Origin: a virus
Length of the DNA: 64,000 nt
Virus record (IMG/VR): IMGVR_UViG_3300046522_000297
Location: 50,008 to 114,007 of that record
Reading direction: 5' to 3' (one strand)
Shown here: positions 15,771 to 26,123 of the stretch, one piece after another
Layout of the letters: each line of letters begins with the position of its first letter
Position numbering within the stretch: the first letter of the stretch is position 1
Program-made: the position numbers and the translations under genes
The notes under the pieces: model-generated
What the model was told of the DNA's origin: nothing
Seen by the model: only the letters and a program-made list of their open reading frames with translations
The model's database searches: none

Positions 15771-16589
15771 ATGACAAGCGGAATCAAAGTAAAAGTAGTA
15801 AAAGACAGTATTAGCAAAGGCCAACGACTGACCACTCTGCAGCTTCGTTATCACCGGTATATTCATGGTGAGTTTATGACCCACCGGGTATTTAGTCGTA
15901 ATGCTTCAAGCAGCCGTGCAATCCCCGTTAAAACGATGTTGAAGCAGGTTTGGAGCGATCCTGCCATCCCGGTTCATTGGGGCGCTAATCAGCCAGGCAT
16001 GCAGGCTAGGAAGCATCTGGAGGGCTTTAGACTCTGGGCTGCTAAAACTGCGTGGATCCTGGCTGCTAAGTTGATGTGTGTGTTTGCTTGGCTGATGGTT
16101 CTCATCGGTCTGCACAAACAAATTGCTAATCGTATTCTGGAACCTTGGCAGTTCATCCACGTTATTGTCTCTGCTACTGATTGGGATAACTTCTTCCTGC
16201 TAAGGGACCACCCAGATGCCCAACCAGAGATTAGGGAACTGGCGAGAGAGATAAAGTATTGGATGGATCACTCGACTCCTACTGAGTTAAAAGTCGGGGA
16301 TTACCATCTTCCGTATATTACGGATGAAGAATTTAGGCTCAATAGCCTGGAGGACTGTGTCAAGATGTCCACGGCTAGATGCGCAAGGGTCTCGTATCTG
16401 ACTCATGATGGGAAGAAACCCTCTAAAGAGAAGGACATTAAACTGCATGATGATCTGGTTGTAGCGGAACCTATTCATGCAAGCCCCTCTGAACACCAAG
16501 CTACCCCGGCTGAAGATGATGACTATTACAAGAACTTCCGTGGCTGGATTCAGTATCGTACTTTTGTAGAAATGAAAAAAGGGTTCTGA
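15771..16589 (+). CDS. thyX: flavin-dependent thymidylate synthase
   Basis: EFMTHRVFSRNASSSRAIP, NFFLLRDHPDAQPEIRELA, ARCARVSY, HASPSEHQA. Confidence 0.92.
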   Translation: MTSGIKVKVVKDSISKGQRLTTLQLRYHRYIHGEFMTHRVFSRNASSSRAIPVKTMLKQVWSDPAIPVHWGANQPGMQARKHLEGFRLWAAKTAWILAAKLMCVFAWLMVLIGLHKQIANRILEPWQFIHVIVSATDWDNFFLLRDHPDAQPEIRELAREIKYWMDHSTPTELKVGDYHLPYITDEEFRLNSLEDCVKMSTARCARVSYLTHDGKKPSKEKDIKLHDDLVVAEPIHASPSEHQATPAEDDDYYKNFRGWIQYRTFVEMKKGF

Positions 16590-16692
16590 TCTTCAATTGA
16601 CAAGTTCATAATTGGTATAAGTTAAGTGCACAGATATATAACGTAACAGAACGATTTCTGTGCACTCACCCTAACTTAGAAGGAAATCTATT

Positions 16693-17472
16693 ATGAACTT
16701 CAGCCTCCTCCCAGTTGTAATCACTTTCATCAGCAAACTGACCAAGTCCTACGGTCAGATGTTCCTCATCTTCTCCAACGTTGCGGCCAACGGTCTCACC
16801 GTGGTCAAGAGCGTTGATAAGACCCTGAGTCTTGAGCGCTACGCTCCAGTTCGTGCCCAGTTCCAAAGGGCAATTTTACTCCTGGTTTCTGCGTATGCAG
16901 AGTTCGGCATTGCATTCAGGGATCTTAAAGAAGCTGTTCAGAAGAATCCGGAAGACTTCTTAGAACTCAACTCCTTCATCTCTCAGTTGAAGAAGGATGT
17001 TCCGGCCGACATAGAGAAGCTTATGGAAGAGCCTGTCGAGTACCTGAATAACCTGAAAGAAAGCGACGACTTCGGCGCTGTACCAGAATTCATCCGTAAG
17101 TCCGAAGAATATCGTTCCGCTATGAATTTCGGTAAAACGGAGATTATCAACGAAACGGAATTCAAGGAAGTCTTCCTGAACCGTTATGCGTACGATATCT
17201 CGAATTTGGGGAAGAATCTGAAACGTGTTAATCGGGAACTTAACTCCCGTGGATACACGGTCTTGCTTAAACCTTACAAAGAGGGCAAGCCCTCTGGAAA
17301 ATTCATCTATTGGGGTGAGGGTAATATCACCTTCAGTGAAGAGGAAATAAAGAAGGGGGTTATCAAGATCGACGAAACACTCTTCTCTGCAAAGGCTTCA
17401 CTGATCCCTAATGCAGACTGGCCATTTACCAATGAGCAGGAAAAGAAGGACGCCGATAAAACCGGCGAGTAA
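16693..17472 (+). CDS. hypothetical protein
   Basis: Own promoter motif (16613) and terminator (17479-17502). Confidence 0.75.
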   Translation: MNFSLLPVVITFISKLTKSYGQMFLIFSNVAANGLTVVKSVDKTLSLERYAPVRAQFQRAILLLVSAYAEFGIAFRDLKEAVQKNPEDFLELNSFISQLKKDVPADIEKLMEEPVEYLNNLKESDDFGAVPEFIRKSEEYRSAMNFGKTEIINETEFKEVFLNRYAYDISNLGKNLKRVNRELNSRGYTVLLKPYKEGKPSGKFIYWGEGNITFSEEEIKKGVIKIDETLFSAKASLIPNADWPFTNEQEKKDADKTGE

Positions 17473-17620
17473 CACACGAGCCCGGCATAACCGGGCTTTT
17501 TTTAGCTCTGCAATATTGATGAGTTTCAATTGTAAGGTCTGCTTTTGGTATAAGAGAAATAGACGGGAACATATCCCGTTGTTTTCAACAACGTTAACAA
17601 TCCACCCAGGAGTTTTAGAA

Positions 17621-18571
17621 ATGCTGAAGGCAAACCAAAACGCACGTGTCGTATCCCTCGTCCTCAATACGGTCGGCATGTCGTACACTTTCTTCGAAAC
17701 CAAAACTGGCTCGATCCACGATGCCGCTGGTAATTCTGTAACCCGCACGCTTGAGTACCTGATCTCCGGCATCTCGGACACCAACGAAAAAGTCAAGCGT
17801 GTCCTGACTAACCCTCTTCAGCAACTGCAACTGCTGAAGTCGGCAGTCGCAACCCGTATGCTTCCGCCGGACGTACTGCAGGAAGCCCGTTCGACCATTA
17901 ACGAACTGGAAATTTCCCTGAAGACCCCGCTGGAGAAGGCCGAAGTCCTGAAGAGCGAACTGATCTCTGCACGTACGCTGCTCGGCTTCGCCAAGCTGTA
18001 CGACGACGAGAAGAAAGCCCCGGTCAAGGAAGTCCAGGAAGTCACGGCTGAAGCACCATCCCAAGCGATCATGCCGGAAGACCAGGCCCGGGAACTCATC
18101 CAGAACGGTAAAGCTCTGGCCGAACGCCTCGGCGGTCTGACCCAGCGCATCAGCGATATGAACCGTGCTTCGTCGGCAAAGGTCCAGACCAAAGACCAGA
18201 GCAAAGCACCGCTCCCGGAAAACGTTCGTTCCCTCGTCGGAAGCCTCCTCGGTCAGCTGATCGGCGCAGAATGGATGAAGGCCCGTGAAGAGAAACCGGA
18301 AGAACGTCAGGCTCCGGTTCAGCTCCAGGGCTGCGGTGAGCCGGACTGCTTTCACTGCGGTAACGAAGACGAAGGCCAGGAAGCCAACGAAATGGCAACC
18401 CTGCTGGGCAACGCGCTGGCCCGTCGTGACAAAACGGACGGTATGGTGAAGCCGATGTTCCTCCGTCTGGAACCGGGCGAATCGATCGAAGACGGTCTGC
18501 GCCGCGCACTGAACATCGAAGGTGATATCCACATGGAACTCAACCCGATCAACCCGAAGACGTTCCACTAA
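17621..18571 (+). CDS. hypothetical coiled-coil protein with CxxPxCxxC motif
   Basis: RBS AGGAG before ATG 17621; promoter motif 17546; terminator 18585-18617. Confidence 0.75.
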   Translation: MLKANQNARVVSLVLNTVGMSYTFFETKTGSIHDAAGNSVTRTLEYLISGISDTNEKVKRVLTNPLQQLQLLKSAVATRMLPPDVLQEARSTINELEISLKTPLEKAEVLKSELISARTLLGFAKLYDDEKKAPVKEVQEVTAEAPSQAIMPEDQARELIQNGKALAERLGGLTQRISDMNRASSAKVQTKDQSKAPLPENVRSLVGSLLGQLIGAEWMKAREEKPEERQAPVQLQGCGEPDCFHCGNEDEGQEANEMATLLGNALARRDKTDGMVKPMFLRLEPGESIEDGLRRALNIEGDIHMELNPINPKTFH

Positions 18572-18648
18572 TCGTGGAGTGAAGAACGGAGCCCTAACGA
18601 GGCTCCGTTTCTTTTTTGTGCTTAACAAAGTTTAGCTAAAGGAAATAT

Positions 18649-19563
18649 ATGAGTATCAAAGTCATCAACGTAGCAACCCATGCGGAGATTCCACTGCAAA
18701 TCTCCAAATTTCCCGGGGGCGAAGTCCACGTTAAGTTGGAGGAGAACGCCGTTCAGAATTTGGTAGAAGTAAACGTGTGGGCGTTCATCCAAAATTCGGA
18801 TGATATCATGGCTTTGCTTCTGGTAACCGACGCCATTCGCAAAGCGAGCCAGGCTACTACAGGGGTTAGTGAGACGAAGATACATCTCAGTCTCCCCTAT
18901 GTTCCATATGCTCGTCAAGACAGGGTGATGACTCCTGGTGAGTCCCTGTCGATCGAAGTATTCTGTAACCTGATAAACGCCCAGAATTATAGCAGCGTCT
19001 TCGTCTGGGATCCACACAGTGATGTAACGCCGGCTCTGCTGAAGCGTGTTGCAGTGATGCCGCAGGAGAAACTGTTGAGCTGTGATCTAGGCCTTATTTT
19101 GGGCGCTCCAGAATTCGACAAGTATCAGTCGTTGCCTCGTCATGAAGCCCGTGTCCAGGCCCGAAAGGACCAGCTCGAAAATATCGTCCTTGTCTCTCCG
19201 GACGCCGGCGCAAACAAGAAGATATTCAAGGTCGCCAAAGAGTGTGGCTTCAAACACGTCGTGCGTGCTGATAAAGAACGTAACGTCGAGACAGGTCAAA
19301 TCACAGGCACTGTCGTGTATAGCGATCACGTAGGTAGCAAGGATTTCCTGATTGTGGATGATATCTGTGATCGAGGGAGGACGTTCATTGAACTGGGGAA
19401 GGTGTTACGCCCGTTAACTAATGGCAAGATCATTCTTTATGTTACGCATGCCATTTTGCCAGATGGAGTAAAAGCACTTAAAGGATACGTAGACGAGATG
19501 TACTGTGCTCACTCATTTGGGAAATACCCCGAGGGATGTAATTTGATGGAGATGAGCGAATAA
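18649..19563 (+). CDS. ribose-phosphate pyrophosphokinase-like protein (putative NARP1 Adps)
   Basis: KFPGGEVHV, LPYVPYARQDR, DPHS, VSPDAGA, LIVDDICDRGRTF, YVTH. Confidence 0.9.
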   Translation: MSIKVINVATHAEIPLQISKFPGGEVHVKLEENAVQNLVEVNVWAFIQNSDDIMALLLVTDAIRKASQATTGVSETKIHLSLPYVPYARQDRVMTPGESLSIEVFCNLINAQNYSSVFVWDPHSDVTPALLKRVAVMPQEKLLSCDLGLILGAPEFDKYQSLPRHEARVQARKDQLENIVLVSPDAGANKKIFKVAKECGFKHVVRADKERNVETGQITGTVVYSDHVGSKDFLIVDDICDRGRTFIELGKVLRPLTNGKIILYVTHAILPDGVKALKGYVDEMYCAHSFGKYPEGCNLMEMSE

Positions 19564-20130
19564 TTGGAAATTTGGAGAGACGTCCCGGGGTTCTCTGGCG
19601 AATTACAAGCTAGTGATTCCGGGAAATTAAGGACAATAGATAGAAGGGATGTTCTAGGTAGATTCAGGAAAGGTGTCGAGCTAAAGTTCGAGAAACATAG
19701 AACGGGATATCTTAGAGTAAAGATATCGCACAGAAGAGTTCAAAAGACATATTCTGTACATAGACTTATAGCCTTAACCTTTCTACCTAACCCTGAAAAT
19801 AAACCTGAGGTGAATCACAAAGATTCCAACCGTGCAAATAATGCGGTTTCTAATTTAGAGTGGTCCACGAAGGTTGAAAATATTGAACACGCTTATGAAC
19901 ACGGGGCTTTAGAAAACCCATACGGTGAGACTGCGCGGCATTTTAAGTATAGAGTTTTAGTAATAGATAAAAACGGAAATATAGTTGATGTGCTAATAGG
20001 TAAGACGGATATGGAGAACAAGGGGTATCAATCGTCTCTAGTGTACCACTGTTTAAACGGTAAACAAAAAACCCATAAGGGTTTTACTTTTAAAAGGGAA
20101 TATAATGGATCAAGCACTTCAAGCACGTAA
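19564..20130 (+). CDS. NUMOD4-HNH homing endonuclease
   Basis: EIWRDVPGF..LQASDSGKLR, VHRLIALTF, EVNHKDSNRANNAVSNLEWST..EN..H; AT-richer than flanking genes. Confidence 0.92.
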   Translation: MEIWRDVPGFSGELQASDSGKLRTIDRRDVLGRFRKGVELKFEKHRTGYLRVKISHRRVQKTYSVHRLIALTFLPNPENKPEVNHKDSNRANNAVSNLEWSTKVENIEHAYEHGALENPYGETARHFKYRVLVIDKNGNIVDVLIGKTDMENKGYQSSLVYHCLNGKQKTHKGFTFKREYNGSSTSST

Positions 20131-21892
20131 CGAAACCTTCAAGCTGAAGCCCCAACTGGCGCGCGACAGCTACAAATTGGGTCACGATTCCCAATACCCA
20201 CTGGATACTCAGAAGGTCTACACCAACATGACCTTTCGTAGTGCCAAGCATTTCAAAGCACCGGCCGTCTGCGGATTTGACAACAAAATTACCTGGGTTG
20301 GTCTGCAAGGTACGATGATGGAATATCGTGCCATGTGGCAAGAACAGTTCTTCAGCCGACCCTGGGATGAAGTTGAAACGGAGTATGTTAACCGCACTAC
20401 TCCGTTCATGGGAAAAGCCCCTGATACCAGTCGGCTGAAAGCGTTACACGACCTGAGGTATCTGCCTTTACATGTTAAGCAGATCCCTGAGGGTAGTTAC
20501 CTGAACATCGGTGTTCCCGCCTTCACTATCGTCAATACCCAACCAAACGAAAATCTCTTCGGCTGGCTGACGAACGCGACGGAGACTTACCTCTCGAACG
20601 AAAGCTGGAAGCTGCCGACCATCGCTACGATCGCTACGGCGTACCGTCGTCTGTTCGACCATTACGCAGAACTGACTGGAGGTTCGATGGAGTTCGTGGA
20701 CTGGCAGGGGCATTGCTTCGCAGATAGAGGCCAAAGCGGTTATATGGACGCGGCCAAGAACTGCTCCGGCCACAGCGTTGCCTTCCTGGGTAGCGACTCG
20801 GTCTCGTCGGCAGACTGGATCACCTGGGCTTACTTCGCCGAAGAGAACTTCATCGCTGGCAGCGTCCCGGCTTCGGAACACGCTGTCTCCAGCCTGAACA
20901 TCGCTGTGATCAAGGCTGAGATGAAGAAGGAAATCGAGGCTATTCACGCCAATTTGAAGGAAGGTGAAGAAGCCAAAGACCTGACCGAAGACGAGTTGAT
21001 GGCCGAAGCAGAGTACCGCTTCTGCAAGCGCTACATCACCGAAGTCTATCCGACCGGCGTGGCATCATATGTTGCTGACACCTACAACTTCTGGCGTGTG
21101 ATCACCGAGATCGCTGCACGTCTGAAAGAAGAAATTCTGGCTCGTCAACCTGACGCCAACGGCCTGGCCAAGGTGGTGTTCCGTCCGGATAGTGGTGATC
21201 CTGTCAAGGTCCTGACGGGTTATGTTTGTGCCGAACTGCCGGCGGGAGCTACTCAAGAAGATTTTCGTAAACTCTCGTCTGACGTGGAAGCTGTAAAGCT
21301 TCACGATGGCACGTACTACGAAGTGGGCGGATGGTTAACCAGCTCTAACGGTGATCGCAGTGGCCTTATGTTGGGCCGGAAACTCTCTGAACCCGAAGTC
21401 AAGGGTGCGGTCGAATGCCTGTGGGACATCTTCGGCGGCACTGTGACCGACAAGGGCTTCAAGCAACTGCACGAACGTGTCAGCCTGATCTATGGTGATT
21501 CCATCACTCCGGATCGTGCGGATCAGATCATGCGTCGTCTGATGGCCAAGGGCTTCGCTTCGACCAACTGGGTTGCGGGCATTGGTTCGTACACCTACCA
21601 GTACATCACCCGTGACACTTTCGGTGCTGCACTGAAGGCAACGAACGCTGAAGTCGCTGGCGTTGCTCACGAAATCTACAAGGATCCGATCACCGATCCG
21701 GGTAAGAAGTCGGCCAAAGGCTTGCTGCGGGTAGAATACGAGAACGGCAACTTTGTTCTCTACGACCAGCAGACGCCGGAGCAGGAGAAGCAGGGTGTGC
21801 TGCAAGACCTGTTCCTGAACGGCAAGTTCCACAACCTCGTAAACTGGAAAACGGTCCGTGAACGTTTCGGTCTGGTGAAGTTGAATGTGTAA
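20105..21892 (+). CDS. nicotinamide phosphoribosyltransferase-like protein (putative NARP1 Namat)
   Basis: DSYKLGHDSQYP, SVPASEHAV, VADTY, VFRPDSGDP, LIYGDSIT, YQYITRDTFG, KDPITDPGKKSAKG. Confidence 0.92.
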   Translation: MDQALQARNETFKLKPQLARDSYKLGHDSQYPLDTQKVYTNMTFRSAKHFKAPAVCGFDNKITWVGLQGTMMEYRAMWQEQFFSRPWDEVETEYVNRTTPFMGKAPDTSRLKALHDLRYLPLHVKQIPEGSYLNIGVPAFTIVNTQPNENLFGWLTNATETYLSNESWKLPTIATIATAYRRLFDHYAELTGGSMEFVDWQGHCFADRGQSGYMDAAKNCSGHSVAFLGSDSVSSADWITWAYFAEENFIAGSVPASEHAVSSLNIAVIKAEMKKEIEAIHANLKEGEEAKDLTEDELMAEAEYRFCKRYITEVYPTGVASYVADTYNFWRVITEIAARLKEEILARQPDANGLAKVVFRPDSGDPVKVLTGYVCAELPAGATQEDFRKLSSDVEAVKLHDGTYYEVGGWLTSSNGDRSGLMLGRKLSEPEVKGAVECLWDIFGGTVTDKGFKQLHERVSLIYGDSITPDRADQIMRRLMAKGFASTNWVAGIGSYTYQYITRDTFGAALKATNAEVAGVAHEIYKDPITDPGKKSAKGLLRVEYENGNFVLYDQQTPEQEKQGVLQDLFLNGKFHNLVNWKTVRERFGLVKLNV

Positions 21893-22124
21893 TATCATTC
21901 GAGTAGAAGGTCTCAACGTCTACAATCCAACTAACGAGGAGGTATTGGCCATGGCAAAAGCCGATATCGTTAAGTGGATCGGACGCGGGGACGGTAGGTT
22001 CTACCACAAGGTAGGGGTTCAAGGTCCGGTAAAACAGGGATTGGATGTGTTGTACATGATCCGTCTCGGACCTGAAACGTCTCTGCCGAAATCCGGACTT
22101 AGCGTAAAGGGGATTCAATGCTGA
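21885..22124 (+). CDS. hypothetical protein (paralog family A)
   Basis: NPTNEEVLAMAKADIVKWIG.GD..FY.K shared with next ORF. Confidence 0.65.
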   Translation: MCNIIRVEGLNVYNPTNEEVLAMAKADIVKWIGRGDGRFYHKVGVQGPVKQGLDVLYMIRLGPETSLPKSGLSVKGIQC

Positions 22125-22384
22125 AAAAAGTCCGCATTGTCCAGCTGAAAAATCTGGAACTTACGAACCTTACCGACGATGAAATCCTGGCCCTCTCCAA
22201 GGCACAAGTCATTGCCTGGATCGGGGCTGGAGATAAAGGGTTTTATTGGAAGTACGGTATCGAAGGACCTATTGGCCATGGGGATAATCCAGATGAGTAT
22301 CGAGTCAAAATCCAAATCCAGGCGCCTTCGAATCTGGAGCCTGACGGCCCCATTGTTGTAATCGACAAACCCTATAAATGGTAG
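22118..22384 (+). CDS. hypothetical protein (paralog family A)
   Basis: NLTDDEILALSKAQVIAWIGAGDKGFYWK. Confidence 0.65.
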   Translation: MLKKVRIVQLKNLELTNLTDDEILALSKAQVIAWIGAGDKGFYWKYGIEGPIGHGDNPDEYRVKIQIQAPSNLEPDGPIVVIDKPYKW

Positions 22385-22396
22385 AAAGGATTTAAT

Positions 22397-22807
22397 ATGC
22401 AATTCCCAGAAGGCACCCCTGTTTTCTCCCTGAACTCACCCACCTTTGCCGAAGATCTAGCAGCAGCACTAGGTATCCAGCCAGGCGAGAAAATCCAGTT
22501 CATCACCCCTCAGTTTGACCGGGTAGATGGTAAAACGGTAAATGTCCCGGAATTTACCCCGCTGGACTGGGCTAAACTGCCGACTAAGAGCCACGAAGAA
22601 CTGATCAGCATGGGTTTGGGTGTGTGGGAGAAGAGCGAAGAAGGCACTCATTATCTGTTCCCCCATGAATGGTATAGCATCATTCCTGAGGGGTTGCAGA
22701 TGAAGTGTATCGACGGCTCCATCGAAGTCTTCAAACGCGGCGTTACCGACGACGACAAACGTTTCGGTTGCATCGCTTATGGCTTCGTGAAACCTACGAC
22801 ATCATGA
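22397..22807 (+). CDS. hypothetical phage protein
   Basis: RBS AAGGA; LFPHEWY..IPEG...TDDDKRFGCIAYG. Confidence 0.75.
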   Translation: MQFPEGTPVFSLNSPTFAEDLAAALGIQPGEKIQFITPQFDRVDGKTVNVPEFTPLDWAKLPTKSHEELISMGLGVWEKSEEGTHYLFPHEWYSIIPEGLQMKCIDGSIEVFKRGVTDDDKRFGCIAYGFVKPTTS

Positions 22808-23052
22808 AAATCGTTCAAGTAAGTAACCCGTTTCTCTTCAACCCAAGTGAAGAGACCCTGCGTCTCGTACGGGAAGCAGAGGCAATCCGGGTCGTAGGCA
22901 AGGACTCGACTGTTTTGAGGATGAAAGATTCCATAAAAAGTTTGGGAATTTCCTTAACTCAAGGTCAAGTATTCGAGATTATCTTAGGTGGTCTGATAAA
23001 ATTGGAAAATTCTATTGGGCCTTTCGAAGCTGACACCGCTGTGATTAACTGA
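22804..23052 (+). CDS. hypothetical protein (distant paralog family A)
   Basis: ATGA overlap; IVQV.N..LFNPSEETL. Confidence 0.55.
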   Translation: MKIVQVSNPFLFNPSEETLRLVREAEAIRVVGKDSTVLRMKDSIKSLGISLTQGQVFEIILGGLIKLENSIGPFEADTAVIN

Positions 23053-23162
23053 AGTTCAAATACCGTACTTGGATTAATTTCCTTGTGCGGTATTTTTTTG
23101 CTTGACGATGGTATTTTTTAGGTTTAATATAAAATCATAGAGACAGAGAAAGGAATCTTCAA

Positions 23163-23390
23163 ATGTCTTTCGATAATAAGTACTACCCGAATAGAAAAGA
23201 TAATCGTAGGGTCTATAAATACGATTACGCTAAGCAAGTATCCAGACAGTGTCGTAATCACGGAGGCGACCCTTATAGTGAAGGCAACCGTTTATTCAAC
23301 ACTAAACGAAATGAATTGATAGCCAAGAACGAGTTGGCAAATCTTGGAAAGGAAGGTGATATGTATCTCGAAGGGTCAGGGTACGCTTAA
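23163..23390 (+). CDS. small basic phage protein (CRNHG motif)
   Basis: Preceded by TTGACG-17-TAATAT promoter and RBS AAGGA. Confidence 0.7.
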   Translation: MSFDNKYYPNRKDNRRVYKYDYAKQVSRQCRNHGGDPYSEGNRLFNTKRNELIAKNELANLGKEGDMYLEGSGYA

Positions 23391-23689
23391 TGGCTTTAAG
23401 CGATTTATTCCCTCCCGGGTCAAAATGCCCGGCCTGCAATAAAGACCTGAACAAGGTGGCTAATGGAGAAATTCCGTGCGGGCCGTGTTTAGAAAGGGGT
23501 GAAGCACAGATTGCACAACTTACGGTATTGCAGCATTTACTAGCAGCTTTTGTTTGTATTTTTCATTTCCGGTTCTGGGATTCTATCTCTGAGTTCTCAT
23601 GGACTATAGAGAGGCTATTCAAGATCGGTGATTATCATCCTGAAACAGGAGAATTCTATAGACGTGGTTTCCTTAAATCTAAAACCTAA
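23390..23689 (+). CDS. hypothetical protein with CxxC...CxxC
   Basis: CPAC...CGPC. Confidence 0.6.
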   Translation: MALSDLFPPGSKCPACNKDLNKVANGEIPCGPCLERGEAQIAQLTVLQHLLAAFVCIFHFRFWDSISEFSWTIERLFKIGDYHPETGEFYRRGFLKSKT

Positions 23690-23802
23690 TATTTAACACA
23701 GACCCAACAATTAGCCATATCGGTGGTATAAGAGAAGTATAAAGAGATATCTATATATCTTTTTTGCTTCTCTTTTTTTATGCCTAATTGAAAGGAAATG
23801 AA

Positions 23803-24249
23803 ATGTATCTGCTGGCAACCATTAAAGCTGATCAACTGAAAGCCCGTAAAGAACGCAACGGCGTAGTCACTGCAATCCTGACCACCCTCATCGGTGAAGT
23901 CGAAACTAAACAGAAGAACGAACAGCGCGACCTGACCGAAGCTGAAGTTATCACCATCATTAAGAAATTCCTGGACGGTGTCAACGAATGCATCGATAAA
24001 TCCACGAACAGCGAAAAGCGTGATCACAGCTATGTCGAGAAAGTGGTCCTGGAAGGTTATATGCCAAAGCAGCTGACCGGCGAAGAAACTCAAAATATTT
24101 TTGACAACTTATCAGAAGGTAAACCTTTGGTGATAGGTGAAGTCATGAAGGTTTTCAAAGAATATTACGTTGGCCGTTACGACGGCAAAATCCTGAAGGC
24201 CTGTATCGAAATGTATAATGGGGTTAATTATCCTAAACAGGAGAAATGA
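23803..24249 (+). CDS. GatB/YqeY domain protein
   Basis: IKADQLKARKE...LT..IGEV...LTEAEVITIIKK...EK.VLEGYMPKQLT.EE...GEVMK. Confidence 0.85.
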   Translation: MYLLATIKADQLKARKERNGVVTAILTTLIGEVETKQKNEQRDLTEAEVITIIKKFLDGVNECIDKSTNSEKRDHSYVEKVVLEGYMPKQLTGEETQNIFDNLSEGKPLVIGEVMKVFKEYYVGRYDGKILKACIEMYNGVNYPKQEK

Positions 24250-24250
24250 C

Positions 24251-24442
24251 ATGGAATTTATATTAGGGTTCGTCCTTGTCTGGATTTTTCTGGATAAAGT
24301 TTTCAGCGAAAGAAGCAGCTGCGATTGCTGCGAAGAGCTTGAAGATGATCTGGATGAACTTGATGTTGATCTCCATCGTGAGATTGAGAATCTCCAAGCA
24401 CAGATTAATGGACTGAATTATAAACTGGATAAAAATGACTAA
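24251..24442 (+). CDS. small membrane-anchored coiled-coil protein
   Basis: RBS AGGAG; N-terminal TM, acidic coil. Confidence 0.6.
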   Translation: MEFILGFVLVWIFLDKVFSERSSCDCCEELEDDLDELDVDLHREIENLQAQINGLNYKLDKND

Positions 24443-25040
24443 ACCAATTATGCTTATTGACATGGACGGTGTAGTTGCCGATTTCTACGGTCACTTCCTA
24501 TCCATCTGGCGTGAGAAATACCCGGATCGTGTTTACGTCAAACCCGAAGACGTAACGGCGTTCTATCTCGAAACCCTGTATCCAGAAGAGTACAAGCAAG
24601 ACATCCTGGACATTCTCCGTGCCCCAGGTTTCTTCGCAAACCTTCCACCTATGCCGGGTGCAATCGAAGCACTGAAAAAGATCCGAGAAGAAGATAAGTT
24701 CGATACCCTTCTCTGCTCGACCCCGGACTCGGACTCGGTCAACCACAACTGTTCCAGCGAAAAGATGCGCTGGGTCGAACGTCACCTCGGTAATGAATGG
24801 GTTAAGGACGTAATTCTGACCCACGACAAGACTCTGGTTTACGGGGACTTCTTGCTCGATGACAAGCCAAAAATCAACGGGCGCAGAAAACCATCCTGGA
24901 TACAGATCATGTTTCAGCATGCGTACAACAAGGACATTCACGGATTTCATATGAATGGCTGGGAATACTGGCCGAGTGTGGAGAAATATCTCCTCGACCT
25001 CGTTAAAGAAAACAACCATTTCGAACAGGTATACGAATGA
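24435..25040 (+). CDS. 5'(3')-deoxyribonucleotidase (NT5C, HAD)
   Basis: IDMDGVVADF, PGFFANLPPMPGAIEAL, EKMRWVERHLG, DKTLVYGDFLLDDKP. Confidence 0.92.
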   Translation: MTKPIMLIDMDGVVADFYGHFLSIWREKYPDRVYVKPEDVTAFYLETLYPEEYKQDILDILRAPGFFANLPPMPGAIEALKKIREEDKFDTLLCSTPDSDSVNHNCSSEKMRWVERHLGNEWVKDVILTHDKTLVYGDFLLDDKPKINGRRKPSWIQIMFQHAYNKDIHGFHMNGWEYWPSVEKYLLDLVKENNHFEQVYE

Positions 25041-25771
25041 CCAAAGATTTGCCCAAAGCTATCAGCGACCTCTTCACCCCTAATGCAGAAATTCTCAAGG
25101 TCCCACCGGCCGAGAACGAGCCTAAGGCGGGTGGAGGAAACCTGATCAAAGTTCTGTTTCTGGATATCGACGGTGTCCTGAACAGTCATAAAACCCAAGT
25201 CATCTGGGGTAAGCTTCCGTTCCCCGGATATGATGGTGACAAAGGTTTCGTGGACGATGCATACACCTCGGATCCCGCTGCGGCAGCTCTGGTAGATCGT
25301 CTTTGTGATGCTACCGGTGCTTATATCGTACTGAGCTCGTCGTGGCGTATCGGTTGTAACCTCGAACAGGTCCGTACGATGCTGGTAACGCTGGGTATAG
25401 AATCCCCAATCATCGGTAAAACCTCGCAGCTCAACGGCAAGCGTGGTGACCAGATTGCTCACTGGATTAACGAGTTCAATACACATGAAGGTAAGGCTCG
25501 TCTGATTCAGCAAGGTCATCTGGATACGGAGGAGCTTGACCTTCCGTTCGACGACAAGACTGTGATCCAAACCTACGCCATTGTCGATGACAATGCTGAT
25601 ATGTTGGAATCGCAGAAGCATCACTTCGTTCAAACCACGTTCATGGACGGGCTCACTTGTGCCCTGACACTCGAACTCGGTAAGATCCTGAGTGATGACC
25701 CAACGTTCCATCTGAATGCTCTTACTGGCAAACCTTCCGTCGGTCAAGAGTGGGAAGATACTTTCAAATGA
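25037..25771 (+). CDS. HAD phosphatase of the RNA-repair (Swiss Army Knife) type
   Basis: KVLFLDIDGVLNS, IVLSSSWR, RGDQIAHW, YAIVDD. Confidence 0.8.
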   Translation: MTKDLPKAISDLFTPNAEILKVPPAENEPKAGGGNLIKVLFLDIDGVLNSHKTQVIWGKLPFPGYDGDKGFVDDAYTSDPAAAALVDRLCDATGAYIVLSSSWRIGCNLEQVRTMLVTLGIESPIIGKTSQLNGKRGDQIAHWINEFNTHEGKARLIQQGHLDTEELDLPFDDKTVIQTYAIVDDNADMLESQKHHFVQTTFMDGLTCALTLELGKILSDDPTFHLNALTGKPSVGQEWEDTFK

Positions 25772-25862
25772 TTCAATAAATTTGAAAAGCTTGGTATAAG
25801 GAAAATAGAGGAGGATAATATCCAAATCTACTTTCCTTTCTTTTTACTATAACTATAAGATC

Positions 25863-26123
25863 ATGTCTAAGAACACTAACGAAATCAAACTCACTGCCCG
25901 TAAACTTGCAATCCTGTCGAAGAACGTCGCCCGCCACCGTAAGGCAGCCGACATGACGAAGGCAGAATTTGCTCGTAATACCACGGTGAGCCGTGACACT
26001 ATTCGTCGTATTGAGACTCTCCCTGAGGGTTACATTCCGTCGATCGACACGGTTAAAGCACTGGCGGATTTGGCAGGTGCATCTGTTCAAGAAATCCTGA
26101 CTACCAAACTTGTCTTTCAATAA
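25863..26123 (+). CDS. XRE-family HTH protein
   Basis: MTKAEFARNTTVSRDTIRRIE...PSIDTVKALAD. Confidence 0.85.
   Translation: MSKNTNEIKLTARKLAILSKNVARHRKAADMTKAEFARNTTVSRDTIRRIETLPEGYIPSIDTVKALADLAGASVQEILTTKLVFQ

Noticed and set aside
19564-20130. Intron-encoded endonuclease splitting a single gene
   Set aside because: Both flanking genes look complete and there is no non-coding room for an intron core.
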